From Bacteroidales bacterium (GTDB taxonomy: Bacteria > Bacteroidota > Bacteroidia > Bacteroidales > ML635J-15): 64,000 nucleotides of DNA. The position numbers were made by a program, and so were the translations under genes. The notes beneath the pieces are model-generated. The model ran no database searches, was not told the DNA's origin, and saw only the letters and a list, made by a program, of their open reading frames with translations. Positions 46,934 through 55,613 of the stretch are shown here, piece by piece. How positions within the stretch are numbered: the first letter of the stretch is position 1; each line of letters opens with the position of its first letter. The stretch is from contig JAFZWY010000008.1 of NCBI GenBank assembly GCA_017617125.1, positions 78,386 to 142,385 on the forward strand. Direction: 5' to 3'.

Positions 46934-49186
46934 TTATTCTACAATTACTTTCTTGGTTATTGTCTTGTCCTGCATCTTGATGTTGAAGAAATACATGCCC
47001 TTATTCATTCCTTCGAGCGAAATGGTTTCGTTTGCCGATGTAGCATTTATTGTCTTCACGGTTTGTCCCAGTACGTTGATGATGCTTATTTCGGCATTGT
47101 CTTCCGGGAGATTGATTGTTACGTTTTCTTTTGCAGGGTTAGGGTATATGCTGATATTATCTGCGTTGATTTCTTCTGCATCTGCATTTAAGCCTAGAGC
47201 GATGTCGTCGATGAAGAATGCGAATACGTCATTTGATACGCATATAATTGCAACGTACAGCGACTGTCCTGCATAGCTCGACAGGTCGTATTTGAACTGA
47301 GTCCATGCTACTGGTGCGCTTACTGAGGAGCTGGAACTGCCGGCAATATATGTGTAGTTCTGATTGTTGGTTGAAACGGCAACGCGGAATTGTTCGAGAC
47401 CGTATCTGTCGTTTGCTGAGCGAGCCCAGAACGAGAGTTTTGTTCCATTGGTTATATTAGTTTGTGGAAGAATGAACCAGTCGTTGTTTGGCGGGGTTGT
47501 TGCGGCCATGCAGCATCCGAACTTTGTTCCGCCGTGTGCGGTAAATCCGTCGGCAGTACCATTCTGGAAAGCAATATACGAACCAGTATATCCTTGGTTG
47601 CTAAATGTTAAATTGTTGATTATGTATGTTGCAGAACCGTCACCGTCTTTTGTAGTGCATGGTGAGAACTGGTCTACAGTCCATGCTGTGCAAGATTCGA
47701 AGTCGTATGTGAAGATGTTTGACGGTGTTGGCGGTGTTGAGCCGGCAGGATCGTAGTAGTCGCATGTTGTTGCTCCAGTATTGTTCGGGTCGAGCCATGG
47801 TTTCAACTTGTAGGCGTTGGTGGTTCCGTTTGTTGAATTGTCCCAGTGAACAGACATTTTTCCGTACAGGTCTTTTCTGTAAAATGAAGAAGCAGAGCAA
47901 GATGAAGATCCTCCACTCAAGGTGCCGAATACCTTGCCGTTTGAGTTGAATATTGGTGAGCCAGAAGATCCACCTTCGGTAACACCAGTTTTGTTGCCGC
48001 TATTTACCCATGAGATATACCAGTGTGCGTTTGATATACAGCTGTTAAAGGTTCCTGAAGTTGGTGTAGATGAAAAGAATGAAATTTTCTTTATGTCACC
48101 GGCAGGGTGGTGTATGCCAGCACCTCCACCCGTTGGAGCCGTCGTACTTCTGTCCCAACCGTTGTATATTGCGCCAATATTTATTGCATTCTGGGTTGTA
48201 AAAGAGTTAAGTTTTACCAAGTAAAAATCAGATCCTCCGTCGACTGCACCTTCTGCAATCTTGGTGCAACCCGTGAAGTCGGTATAGTTGATTGAATATT
48301 CTGAAGTTGGATTGTCGCATCCCGAAGCTTCGTAGTTGAAGCGGAATTTCCATTGGTTAAAGTTCGATGCTGTTGCGCTAGGTCCGCAGTGGTTTGCCGT
48401 AAGGAAATATGGAGTTCCGTCGTTGCTGGTGTTATTGATAAGCGTACCAGTGCAGTATCCAGCACTCAAGCCTTCGCGGACATAAATTCTTGCTACACCT
48501 CGCTGTTGTATTCTCCAGTCTGCGCCAACCGAGCAATTAATGTTTACTTCGCAGCTTTCGGCGTCACCGAACGGGCCTCTTACTCCTCTTTCGAATCCGC
48601 CTTCGCCACGATATACATAACCGAATTCTCCTATATTAATAATAGGTGCATTGGTGTCGTACGAAATTTTGCCTTCTTCAGATTTTGTCATTGGTGCAAC
48701 ATATTCAATGGTAATGTCGTCGCCAATAATATTACCGATCATAAAGTCTTCACCATTGGGATTGTCGCTACGGTAGTATGGTCCGTCAACAATTTTCCTG
48801 TCGGATGTATAAACGTATACTTCCGAGCCCGATGGAATATCGAACTTGTCAAAGTACAATGCCGATGCTTTTGCTCCAACACTCGAAAGACGGAGTCTCC
48901 ATATTGGCTGTCCGTTGTCGAGGGTTGTCCAGGTACCCGAATTCTTGACAGTCGCGTTTAATGGTATAAGAGTAGCGACTTTATAAAAGGTGCCGTTTTT
49001 TTCTGTTTCGGCAATCTCTTCGGCTATAAATTGTGCCGATGGTGGGTAGATGTCTACGTGGTCGACATCCTCACTTACCTCTTTGTGCGTGAAGCTGGGA
49101 GGTAGGATGTTGCGGTTCGAATTGCTTTGTGCAATGCTGAACAATGTTGCAAATATTAATGCAAGAGTTACAATAAAATGTTTCAT
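46934..49186 (-). CDS. Secreted trypsin-fold (S1) serine endopeptidase with choice-of-anchor-J-like domain and T9SS C-terminal sorting domain
   Basis: His region GTLINNT..YFLTANHC and Ser region GGSSGSPIF. The C-terminal ISIYPNPAKENVTINL...GMYFFNIKMQDKTITKKVIVE is a Por secretion tail. Confidence 0.7.
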   Translation of the reverse strand: MKHFIVTLALIFATLFSIAQSNSNRNILPPSFTHKEVSEDVDHVDIYPPSAQFIAEEIAETEKNGTFYKVATLIPLNATVKNSGTWTTLDNGQPIWRLRLSSVGAKASALYFDKFDIPSGSEVYVYTSDRKIVDGPYYRSDNPNGEDFMIGNIIGDDITIEYVAPMTKSEEGKISYDTNAPIINIGEFGYVYRGEGGFERGVRGPFGDAESCEVNINCSVGADWRIQQRGVARIYVREGLSAGYCTGTLINNTSNDGTPYFLTANHCGPSATASNFNQWKFRFNYEASGCDNPTSEYSINYTDFTGCTKIAEGAVDGGSDFYLVKLNSFTTQNAINIGAIYNGWDRSTTAPTGGGAGIHHPAGDIKKISFFSSTPTSGTFNSCISNAHWYISWVNSGNKTGVTEGGSSGSPIFNSNGKVFGTLSGGSSSCSASSFYRKDLYGKMSVHWDNSTNGTTNAYKLKPWLDPNNTGATTCDYYDPAGSTPPTPSNIFTYDFESCTAWTVDQFSPCTTKDGDGSATYIINNLTFSNQGYTGSYIAFQNGTADGFTAHGGTKFGCCMAATTPPNNDWFILPQTNITNGTKLSFWARSANDRYGLEQFRVAVSTNNQNYTYIAGSSSSSVSAPVAWTQFKYDLSSYAGQSLYVAIICVSNDVFAFFIDDIALGLNADAEEINADNISIYPNPAKENVTINLPEDNAEISIINVLGQTVKTINATSANETISLEGMNKGMYFFNIKMQDKTITKKVIVE

Positions 49187-49428
49187 TTTTCTAAATTTTG
49201 AGTTGCAAAATAACTTTAATTAACTCGAAATACCAAGAAAAATCGTGCCAAATTTCCTAGATACCTATTATGTAATATGTTAATATGGTGTATAATATGT
49301 TGATTATTAATACGTTGTATTATTTGTTAATAAAAATATGCAAAAACATTAGAAAAAATTTGTTGCTTTGTCAAAAAAGTGCGACTTTTGCAGTCCGAAA
49401 TTTAAAAGAGAAATAATATAAAAGAGTT

Positions 49429-49665
49429 ATGGCACGAGTTTGTCAAATTACAGGAAAAACGGCTATGGTGGGAAACAATGTATCTCACTCAAGACGCAGA
49501 ACAAAAAGGATATTTGATATCAACATGAAGTCCAAGAGGATCTTTGACGAAGAATCAGGTCAGTGGGTAGAAATGAGACTTACCACTTCGGCTATGAGAA
49601 CTATCGCAAAGAAAGGCCTCAAGGCTGCGCTTAAGGATGCCGAAAAGAAAGGTTTTGTTAAATAA
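49429..49665 (+). CDS. rpmB: 50S ribosomal protein L28
   Basis: MARVCQITGKTAMVGNNVSHSRRRTKR. Confidence 0.92.
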   Translation: MARVCQITGKTAMVGNNVSHSRRRTKRIFDINMKSKRIFDEESGQWVEMRLTTSAMRTIAKKGLKAALKDAEKKGFVK

Positions 49666-49686
49666 TTTTAGTCGGGAGGATTAAAA

Positions 49687-49875
49687 ATGGCAAAGAAAAG
49701 TAAAGGAAATCGCGTACAGGTGATACTCGAATGTACCGAACATAAGGAATCTGGATTACCAGGTACTTCAAGGTATATAACCACAAAGAACAGAAAGAAT
49801 ACTCCTGACAGACTGGAGATGAAGAAGTACAACCCGATTTTGAAGAAGGTTACAGTTCACAGAGAAATTAAATAG
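49687..49875 (+). CDS. rpmG: 50S ribosomal protein L33
   Basis: [20 protein letters not shown]...[21 protein letters not shown]. Confidence 0.92.
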   Translation: MAKKSKGNRVQVILECTEHKESGLPGTSRYITTKNRKNTPDRLEMKKYNPILKKVTVHREIK

Positions 49876-49883
49876 TTTAGGTT

Positions 49884-50036
49884 ATGGCAAAGAAAGTAGT
49901 TGCAACCCTTAAGAAGGAAGGCGGACAGGTCTTCGTTAAGTGCATCAAGATGGTTAAGAATCCTGAAACCGGCGCTTATCAGTTCAAGTCGGCTATCATG
50001 GACAAGGACTTGTCAAAGGATTTTTTTAAGAAATAG
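49884..50036 (+). CDS. DUF4295-like 50-aa protein
   Basis: Not in the ORF track because it is under 60 aa. My translation is MAKKVVATLKKEGGQVFVKCIKMVKNPETGAYQFKSAIMDKDLSKDFFKK. A small basic gene directly after rpmG is a conserved Bacteroidota arrangement. Confidence 0.65.
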   Translation: MAKKVVATLKKEGGQVFVKCIKMVKNPETGAYQFKSAIMDKDLSKDFFKK

Positions 50037-50058
50037 TTGTTTTATCAATTAAAATTAT

Positions 50059-50094
50059 AGCACCTGCCGTATATTTTTTGACAGGTGCTTTTTG
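50059..50094 (+). terminator. Intrinsic terminator of the rpmB-rpmG-DUF4295 unit
   Basis: agcacctg ... caggtgct, followed by ttttt. Confidence 0.65.
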
Positions 50095-50118
50095 TTGTTT
50101 TATTTAAATAGTCACGTT

Positions 50119-51069
50119 ATGGGATTCTTCGGTTTGTTCGGCAAAGAAAAAAAAGACAGGTTGGACAGCGGTTTGGAAAAGACTCGCACCGGTTTGTTCT
50201 CTAAAATTAGCAGATTGATTTTCAGCAAGTCGAAAGTTGACGAGGAAGTGCTCGACGAACTCGAAGAAATCTTGATAACTTCTGACGTAGGTGTAGATAC
50301 TACCTTGAAGATTATCGACATGATCAAGGAACGTGTCAAAACCGAAAAATATGTCGGCACCGACGAGCTGAACGAACTCTTGCGTTCTACCATCGCGTCG
50401 TTGATGGAAGATGGTCCCGACATGAAGAACCCCGACTTCACAACTTCCGACGGATCGCCATATGTAATTATGGTAGTCGGTGTGAACGGTGTTGGCAAGA
50501 CAACAACAATCGGCAAGCTGGCAAACAATTTCAAGAAAGCTGGCAAGACTGTATATATCGGTGCTGCCGATACTTTCCGTGCCGCTGCAATCGACCAGTT
50601 GCAGGTGTGGGCCGATAGGGTAGGCGTACACATGATTCGTCAGGATATGGGTTCCGACCCAGCTTCGGTAGCTTACGACACTTTGGCTTCCGCCAAAAAG
50701 TCGGGCGCCGATGTGGTGCTTATCGATACTGCAGGTCGTCTGCACAACAAGATAAACCTCATGAACGAATTGTCGAAAATCAAGCGCGTGATGCAAAAGC
50801 TTGTTCCCGAAGCTCCGCACGAGATTCTGTTGGTTCTTGATGGTTCTACAGGGCAGAACGCTTATGAGCAGGCTAAACAGTTTATGAAGGCGACCGAAAT
50901 AAACTCAATGGCAGTGACAAAGCTCGACGGTACGGCAAAGGGCGGCGTGGTAATCGGTATTTCCGACCAGTTCAAGATTCCGATCAAATATATCGGTGTA
51001 GGCGAGGGTATCGACGATTTGCAGATGTTCGACAAGCGCGAGTTCGTTGATTCGTTGTTCAAGAAATAG
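50119..51069 (+). CDS. ftsY: Signal recognition particle receptor FtsY
   Basis: GVNGVGKTTTIGKLA, DTAGRL and TKLDGTAKGG. The start is the ATG at 50119. Confidence 0.92.
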   Translation: MGFFGLFGKEKKDRLDSGLEKTRTGLFSKISRLIFSKSKVDEEVLDELEEILITSDVGVDTTLKIIDMIKERVKTEKYVGTDELNELLRSTIASLMEDGPDMKNPDFTTSDGSPYVIMVVGVNGVGKTTTIGKLANNFKKAGKTVYIGAADTFRAAAIDQLQVWADRVGVHMIRQDMGSDPASVAYDTLASAKKSGADVVLIDTAGRLHNKINLMNELSKIKRVMQKLVPEAPHEILLVLDGSTGQNAYEQAKQFMKATEINSMAVTKLDGTAKGGVVIGISDQFKIPIKYIGVGEGIDDLQMFDKREFVDSLFKK

Positions 51070-51076
51070 TAAGATA

Positions 51077-51889
51077 ATGAGGCAAATCCTACTTGCATTA
51101 TGTTTGACGCTCTTGTTCTCAGCAGGATGGTCGCAAGTGTGGATTCCCGTCAATTCGTACGATGTTATTTCGTGCCGGAATTATTCCCAGAAGATAAAGA
51201 ACAACTCGTTCCATTCGTCGGTTACCTGGAAGGTTACGGTAAAAGATAATGTTATATCAAGAACAAAAACTTTGTTTTCCGAAACCTATTACAATGAGAA
51301 TGGGCAGCCGTCACGGATTGTGTATTTCGGAGAGGGCAACCGCCCGAAATCTTTTACCATGGTGAAGTATAATTCTCGTAATTTGCCTTTTGAGGAGGTG
51401 AATTTTACAGCCGACTCGGTTATGGTCGGAGGTACCATGTACGAATACAATGATAAAAACTTGCTAGTTGCCCAGATTTCGTATTTAGGCAGTTCGGTTA
51501 CAAGCAACTACCGCATCGAGCATGCGACTGACAGTATTGTGGTATCGGAACTCGATTCGCTGGGCAAAGTAATAAGCTGTGGTTCGATATCTACTATTGC
51601 TGCCGATCAGAAGGAACTGGTTTTTAGGCGTGCACAAAACCCGATAAATCCTGATGGCGACTACGATATTCTCTCGGAGGTTACTCACAAACATATTGTC
51701 GGCGCTGCCGAGAAGAAGGTTTTCATTTACGAAGGCGACAAGGTTGTCAAGACTTCGGTTTTTGGCCATGATGGCGACGAAATATCAAGTGCTTCGCTAG
51801 AGTACGATACGCTTGGAAATATCAGCCGAATAATTGAGCGGCGCGAAAAAGACGGAGCAACAATCGTGTATATGATTAATTATAGGTAA
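51077..51889 (+). CDS. Hypothetical secreted protein (270 aa)
   Basis: Start at the ATG at 51077, with signal peptide MRQILLALCLTLLFSAGWSQ. Confidence 0.55.
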   Translation: MRQILLALCLTLLFSAGWSQVWIPVNSYDVISCRNYSQKIKNNSFHSSVTWKVTVKDNVISRTKTLFSETYYNENGQPSRIVYFGEGNRPKSFTMVKYNSRNLPFEEVNFTADSVMVGGTMYEYNDKNLLVAQISYLGSSVTSNYRIEHATDSIVVSELDSLGKVISCGSISTIAADQKELVFRRAQNPINPDGDYDILSEVTHKHIVGAAEKKVFIYEGDKVVKTSVFGHDGDEISSASLEYDTLGNISRIIERREKDGATIVYMINYR

Positions 51890-51891
51890 AT

Positions 51892-51923
51892 AAAAAAAGG
51901 CTACCGAAAAGGTAGCCTTTTTT
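51892..51923. terminator. Bidirectional hairpin terminator between convergent genes
   Basis: aaaaaaa ggctacc gaaaa ggtagcc tttttt. Confidence 0.75.
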
Positions 51924-51935
51924 GTTATATCCGAT

Positions 51936-52637
51936 TTAGAAATTCGGCTTGTGTTCGTAGTTGCGGTAGAAGTCTTCGATAATCTTCACTGCTTCTTCTG
52001 GAGTGTCGACTATGTTGTAGATTTCGAGGTCCTTCTCTGAGATGTTGTGTTCTCCATCGAGTACGCTTTCCTTAACCCATTCGAAAAGTCCTTTCCAGAA
52101 CTTCGAGCCGAAGAGGATAATCGGGAATTTTGCAATCTTCTTGGTCTGTATCAATGTGATTGCCTCGAAAAGTTCGTCGAATGTTCCGAAACCACCCGGG
52201 AAAACGATAAATCCCTGTGCGTAGCGCATGAACATGGTCTTGCGTGTGAAGAAGTAGTCGAAAGTAACGAGCTTGTCGGTGTCGATGTACTTGTTGGCTG
52301 CCTGTTCGAATTCGAGTACGATGTTGCAACCGGCCGAGATGCCACCGCCACGCTGTGCTCCGCGGTTACCTGCTTCCATGATGCCAGGTCCGCCACCAGT
52401 TATTACACCATAACCCTTCTTTACAAGTTGGTATGCAGTTTCTTCTGCACCTATGTAGTATGGATTGTCTTCCTTTGTACGTGCCGAACCAAATATTGCA
52501 ACGCACGGTCCTAATTTTGCGTAGTGGTCGAAACCGTTTACGAGTTCGCCCATTACCTTGAACATGCTCCATGAGTCGAGGGACTTTATTTCAGTATCCC
52601 ATTTTTTCTGCATTCTGTTTTTTTCGTCTGCTGTCAT
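51936..52637 (-). CDS. LOG family (TIGR00730) nucleotide 5'-monophosphate nucleosidase
   Basis: GGGPGIMEAGNRGA and PGGFGTFDELFE. Confidence 0.85.
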   Translation of the reverse strand: MTADEKNRMQKKWDTEIKSLDSWSMFKVMGELVNGFDHYAKLGPCVAIFGSARTKEDNPYYIGAEETAYQLVKKGYGVITGGGPGIMEAGNRGAQRGGGISAGCNIVLEFEQAANKYIDTDKLVTFDYFFTRKTMFMRYAQGFIVFPGGFGTFDELFEAITLIQTKKIAKFPIILFGSKFWKGLFEWVKESVLDGEHNISEKDLEIYNIVDTPEEAVKIIEDFYRNYEHKPNF

Positions 52638-52693
52638 AAGTTTTAAAATTTAGTTGTTTTATAATATGTTTCTAGTTTCTCGTTTCTTGTCGT

Positions 52694-52711
52694 GTCGTGG
52701 CGCGCCGCGAC
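52694..52711. repeat. GC-rich palindrome followed by TGTACAAT
   Basis: gtcgtggcgcgccgcgac (one G-T wobble), then tgtacaatttt. Confidence 0.75.
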
Positions 52712-52756
52712 TGTACAATTTTGATTTTTTTTGTGCAAACATGGTTAAAGCCATTT

Positions 52757-52771
52757 GCCTTTTAGCCCATT
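52757..52771 (-). repeat. Stop-proximal AATGGGCTAAAAGGC motif (minus strand)
   Basis: The reverse complement reads TAA T AATGGGCTAAAAGGC directly after the kinase-like gene stop (52773-52775). Confidence 0.7.
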
Positions 52772-52772
52772 A

Positions 52773-53693
52773 TTATAAGTTTCCAATAAGTTCATCCAAT
52801 TCTTTTTTGAAGGCTTCTGCCGATTGGTATCTGTCGTTCAATGCCTTAAGTACCATTATTTTTTGAGCGTTGTCGCTGATTGCTCCGGGAACAAACGGCA
52901 ACGGCCGAACTGTTGCTTTTTCGATTATTGCATGCGCTTCATCATTTATGCGGTAGTGCTGCTCAATTTTGCCGAATACTTGCTGGCGTTTTACGATTGG
53001 TTTGTCGGGAGAGAATAACGGCTCCCGTGCCAATGCTTCGTACATTATCAATCCCATGCTGTATATATCGCTGTAGTCGCCCACAAGGTCTTCAAAGCCA
53101 ATTACTTGTTCTGGACTTTGGTATAGAGTGTTTGAGACTCTGCGAATGAGAGGCATGTTCTTGAATCCTAGCTTAATGCTCTCGATGCTCAAAATCTTTG
53201 TTGTCGGATGCATGAAGTCAAACTCCTCGCATTCGTCCCATTGTACTATGATGTTTTCTGGGGTTAGATTTCCATGGCAAAGTTTCAGCTTGTGAATGTA
53301 CGTCAAGGTTTCGAGGCAGTTTGAAATTATTCGCAGGAAGAATATGTCGTTGCGGTAGTCCATGTACTTAGGGTCGCAAATAAGCTCCTTAAGCGTGCGT
53401 CCCGACACATATTCGCATACAAGATAGATGTCGCTTCCATCAAAGATCATGTCGTCGATGCGTACAAGCCCGTCTGTTTTCACTTCGTTGCATACCGTTG
53501 CGAAAAACTTGAATCTCTGGGCATCGTTACCGAACATTGCCGTAGAGATTTTCTTCAGGACTATTTTCTCTTTTGTGTCTGCATTTGCTCCTACGTACAA
53601 TGTTGCGTAACCCGAACGGCTTATTATCGTGTCCTGTTCTTCGGGGAAGTATATGTATTTGGCTTTGCTGCCCTCTAATATCTTAGGTGTCAT
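52773..53693 (-). CDS. Hanks-type Ser/Thr kinase-fold protein, predicted catalytically inactive (pseudokinase)
   Basis: The kinase subdomains are recognisable: VLKK lysine, LVCEYVSGRTLKE hinge, YQSPEQ, DIYSMGLIMYEAL and RYQSAEAF. However the catalytic loop is CHGNLTPENII (HRD replaced by HGN), and no DFG is present (KILSIESIKLGF). Confidence 0.7.
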   Translation of the reverse strand: MTPKILEGSKAKYIYFPEEQDTIISRSGYATLYVGANADTKEKIVLKKISTAMFGNDAQRFKFFATVCNEVKTDGLVRIDDMIFDGSDIYLVCEYVSGRTLKELICDPKYMDYRNDIFFLRIISNCLETLTYIHKLKLCHGNLTPENIIVQWDECEEFDFMHPTTKILSIESIKLGFKNMPLIRRVSNTLYQSPEQVIGFEDLVGDYSDIYSMGLIMYEALAREPLFSPDKPIVKRQQVFGKIEQHYRINDEAHAIIEKATVRPLPFVPGAISDNAQKIMVLKALNDRYQSAEAFKKELDELIGNL

Positions 53694-53697
53694 GTTG

Positions 53698-55191
53698 TTA
53701 CTTGTTAAATTCTTCTATAGCACGACGTTCCCAGTCGTTGTCGAAAGTGTTTTGTCCGTATCCGTTCGAAGTAAAGTCAACCGAATTGTAGGTGTCGGAT
53801 ATACCGTACGACGACGATTTGCTTCGCGAAAGGTAGCGTGTCCAGTTGAAAGTGTGTATTTCTCCTTGCTTGTTTGAATGCAGAAGTTCGAATTCGCGGC
53901 CTTCCATGCTAGGGTTGTAGAACACAAACTTACAGTTGTTATCTTCACCAAGACGGTAGTACTGCCATATTTCGTATGGGTAGGCACCGGGTTCGATAGG
54001 TGACTGGAAAATATGGTTTGGAATTCCGTACTGCAAGTAAATCACGCCTCTGTCGGTTTCGAATCCGTGGCGTATTGTTGTGGCGTAGTTTTTCTCAACC
54101 AATTCGACCTGTTTTTTGTATTGGTACCATTCGTTTTCGGGGTTTACGTAGTTGCGCTTTACCCAGAATTCGACGAAGTATTTCTGCAAAGTTGTCAATT
54201 CCGCTTTGCGTAGCTGGTTGTCGATGAACGGACGTTCATAGACGCTTGCAATAGGTCGCATTGCTCTTATGTAGTATATGAGCGAGTCGCGCGAGTTCAT
54301 GTCGCCTGCAAAAGTGTTGTTGAGGTCGAACTGCTCAGCCCTTGCTGCGTATTCTTCGTTGCTGAACGTGCTCTTGTTCTGGCGTTGGAAGAAATATTTG
54401 CTGCTGGCTACAATTTCGTTGTTGCGGTTTGCAATTTCAACTACAAGGTCGTAGTTGCCGCTAGGTAGCTTTTCGATGCCAAGTTCCCCGATGAACGGGA
54501 CTACGTTGCCCGGTTTCATCTTCTTGAAACGGCTGCACGTTGGGATTTCCTTGCCTGTAGCATGGTCGTCGATATGGTATTTGAGCATGAAATCGTCGTT
54601 AAGAGCCTTGTCGGTGTTGTAGGCCTCGACGTAGAATTTCACCGTGTTCATGTTTTCGGGGAAGAAATTGGCGACATAAGGCACCATGTCGTAGCCGCTT
54701 TTTGTTATCGACGATTCTCCCGACGATTTTGTGTAGCTTTCGATGAGTTCAATGTCGCTGAATGTGAGTGCATCGGTAAAATTGATGTCGATCTTGTCGC
54801 TGAAGCAATAAGGCGGCTTCTCGCTGTTGATGTCGCGTATGCTGATGTCGAATGTGTAGCTGCCGTTGGGCAGGTTGATGCGCTGTACGTCAATGAAATT
54901 GGGAATTGCACCTGTAGTGTCGGTAATTTCGGGACTACGAAGCACATACTTGTCAAAGTTCACAATCGAGTCGCCAGCCTTGAAGACCATCACGACCTCA
55001 ATTTCCGACTGAAATTTTCCGTTTGTATTTTTGTTAAGTACAGTCGAACTGCCGATTGTACTCATATATGTTTCAATGTATTGACCTTGCGGCGAGTTGA
55101 ACTTGGAGTACATGAAATACACTTCGAGTCCCGCAAACGATTGGGTTGCAATGGATAAGCATAATAATGCAATGCAAAGTATCTTTCTCAT
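53698..55191 (-). CDS. GWxTD domain-containing secreted protein
   Basis: The motif HGFETDRGVIYLQYGIPN is a variant of GWxTDRG. Start at the ATG at 55191 with signal peptide MRKILCIALLCLSIATQSFA. The stop is 4 nt from the kinase-like ATG. Confidence 0.6.
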   Translation of the reverse strand: MRKILCIALLCLSIATQSFAGLEVYFMYSKFNSPQGQYIETYMSTIGSSTVLNKNTNGKFQSEIEVVMVFKAGDSIVNFDKYVLRSPEITDTTGAIPNFIDVQRINLPNGSYTFDISIRDINSEKPPYCFSDKIDINFTDALTFSDIELIESYTKSSGESSITKSGYDMVPYVANFFPENMNTVKFYVEAYNTDKALNDDFMLKYHIDDHATGKEIPTCSRFKKMKPGNVVPFIGELGIEKLPSGNYDLVVEIANRNNEIVASSKYFFQRQNKSTFSNEEYAARAEQFDLNNTFAGDMNSRDSLIYYIRAMRPIASVYERPFIDNQLRKAELTTLQKYFVEFWVKRNYVNPENEWYQYKKQVELVEKNYATTIRHGFETDRGVIYLQYGIPNHIFQSPIEPGAYPYEIWQYYRLGEDNNCKFVFYNPSMEGREFELLHSNKQGEIHTFNWTRYLSRSKSSSYGISDTYNSVDFTSNGYGQNTFDNDWERRAIEEFNK

Positions 55192-55207
55192 ATCAAAAAT
55201 ATGTATG

Positions 55208-55215
55208 CAAAAATA
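55208..55215 (-). promoter_or_regulatory. -7 promoter box (TAnnTTTG)
   Basis: Minus-strand TATTTTTG, 16 nt upstream of the ATG at 55191. Confidence 0.5.
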
Positions 55216-55329
55216 AAAACGCAAGATAATAAAAAATATGATACGAGGAAGAAAAAACTTTTTGAGTTTATGTGAGTTTATGGCTGTCGCCGTTTCAAGT
55301 TTTTGGTTTGGCTTACGCCGAGCTAAAGG

Positions 55330-55417
55330 TTAACTTCGTTGAGGGCTACTTGTGCTGCGATGTGCTGAGTGAGGTCGAAGTAAGCGCAGTCGAAGTACGC
55401 CGTTCAGGTTTCAAAGT
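55330..55417 (+). repeat. Dispersed intergenic repeat, copy B core
   Basis: About 94% identical to 20531-20617. Confidence 0.85.
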
Positions 55418-55450
55418 TTCTCGCCCTCTGAGACGCCCCCTGCGCTGTAC

Positions 55451-55570
55451 TGAGCTTCGCTCCCTGCGGCGTGCTGAGCCGTCGCACTGAGTGAAATCGA
55501 AGTGTTGTCGAAGTAAGCGTAGTAGAAGGGTCGAAGTAAGCGTAGTAGAAGGGTAAGTCGAAGGGACGAA
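55451..55570 (+). repeat. Dispersed repeat copy B distal part, including a perfect 23-bp x2 tandem
   Basis: tcgaagtaagcgtagtagaaggg occurs at 55508-55530 and 55531-55553. The tgagcttcg..ctgcggcgtgctgagc block is shared with 20661. Confidence 0.85.
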
Positions 55571-55613
55571 GTGCTGGTTTACGTTTCACGTTGCCAGTCT
55601 CAACCCACTTAAT

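Noticed and set aside
49187-49428. A 242-nt AT-rich region upstream of rpmB, considered as a possible ribosomal-protein leader or ncRNA.
   Set aside because: I saw only A/T-rich word repeats (tgttaata, atatgtt) and no convincing stem-loops or a known leader motif. I cannot support an RNA call without covariation analysis.
55451-55570. Possible CRISPR-like array, suggested by the repeated gtcgaagtaagcgtag words. The same applies to 20661-20730.
   Set aside because: The repeat units are 13-23 nt, contiguous or irregularly spaced, with no unique spacers of uniform length and no cas genes. It is a slippage-type tandem repeat inside a dispersed element.
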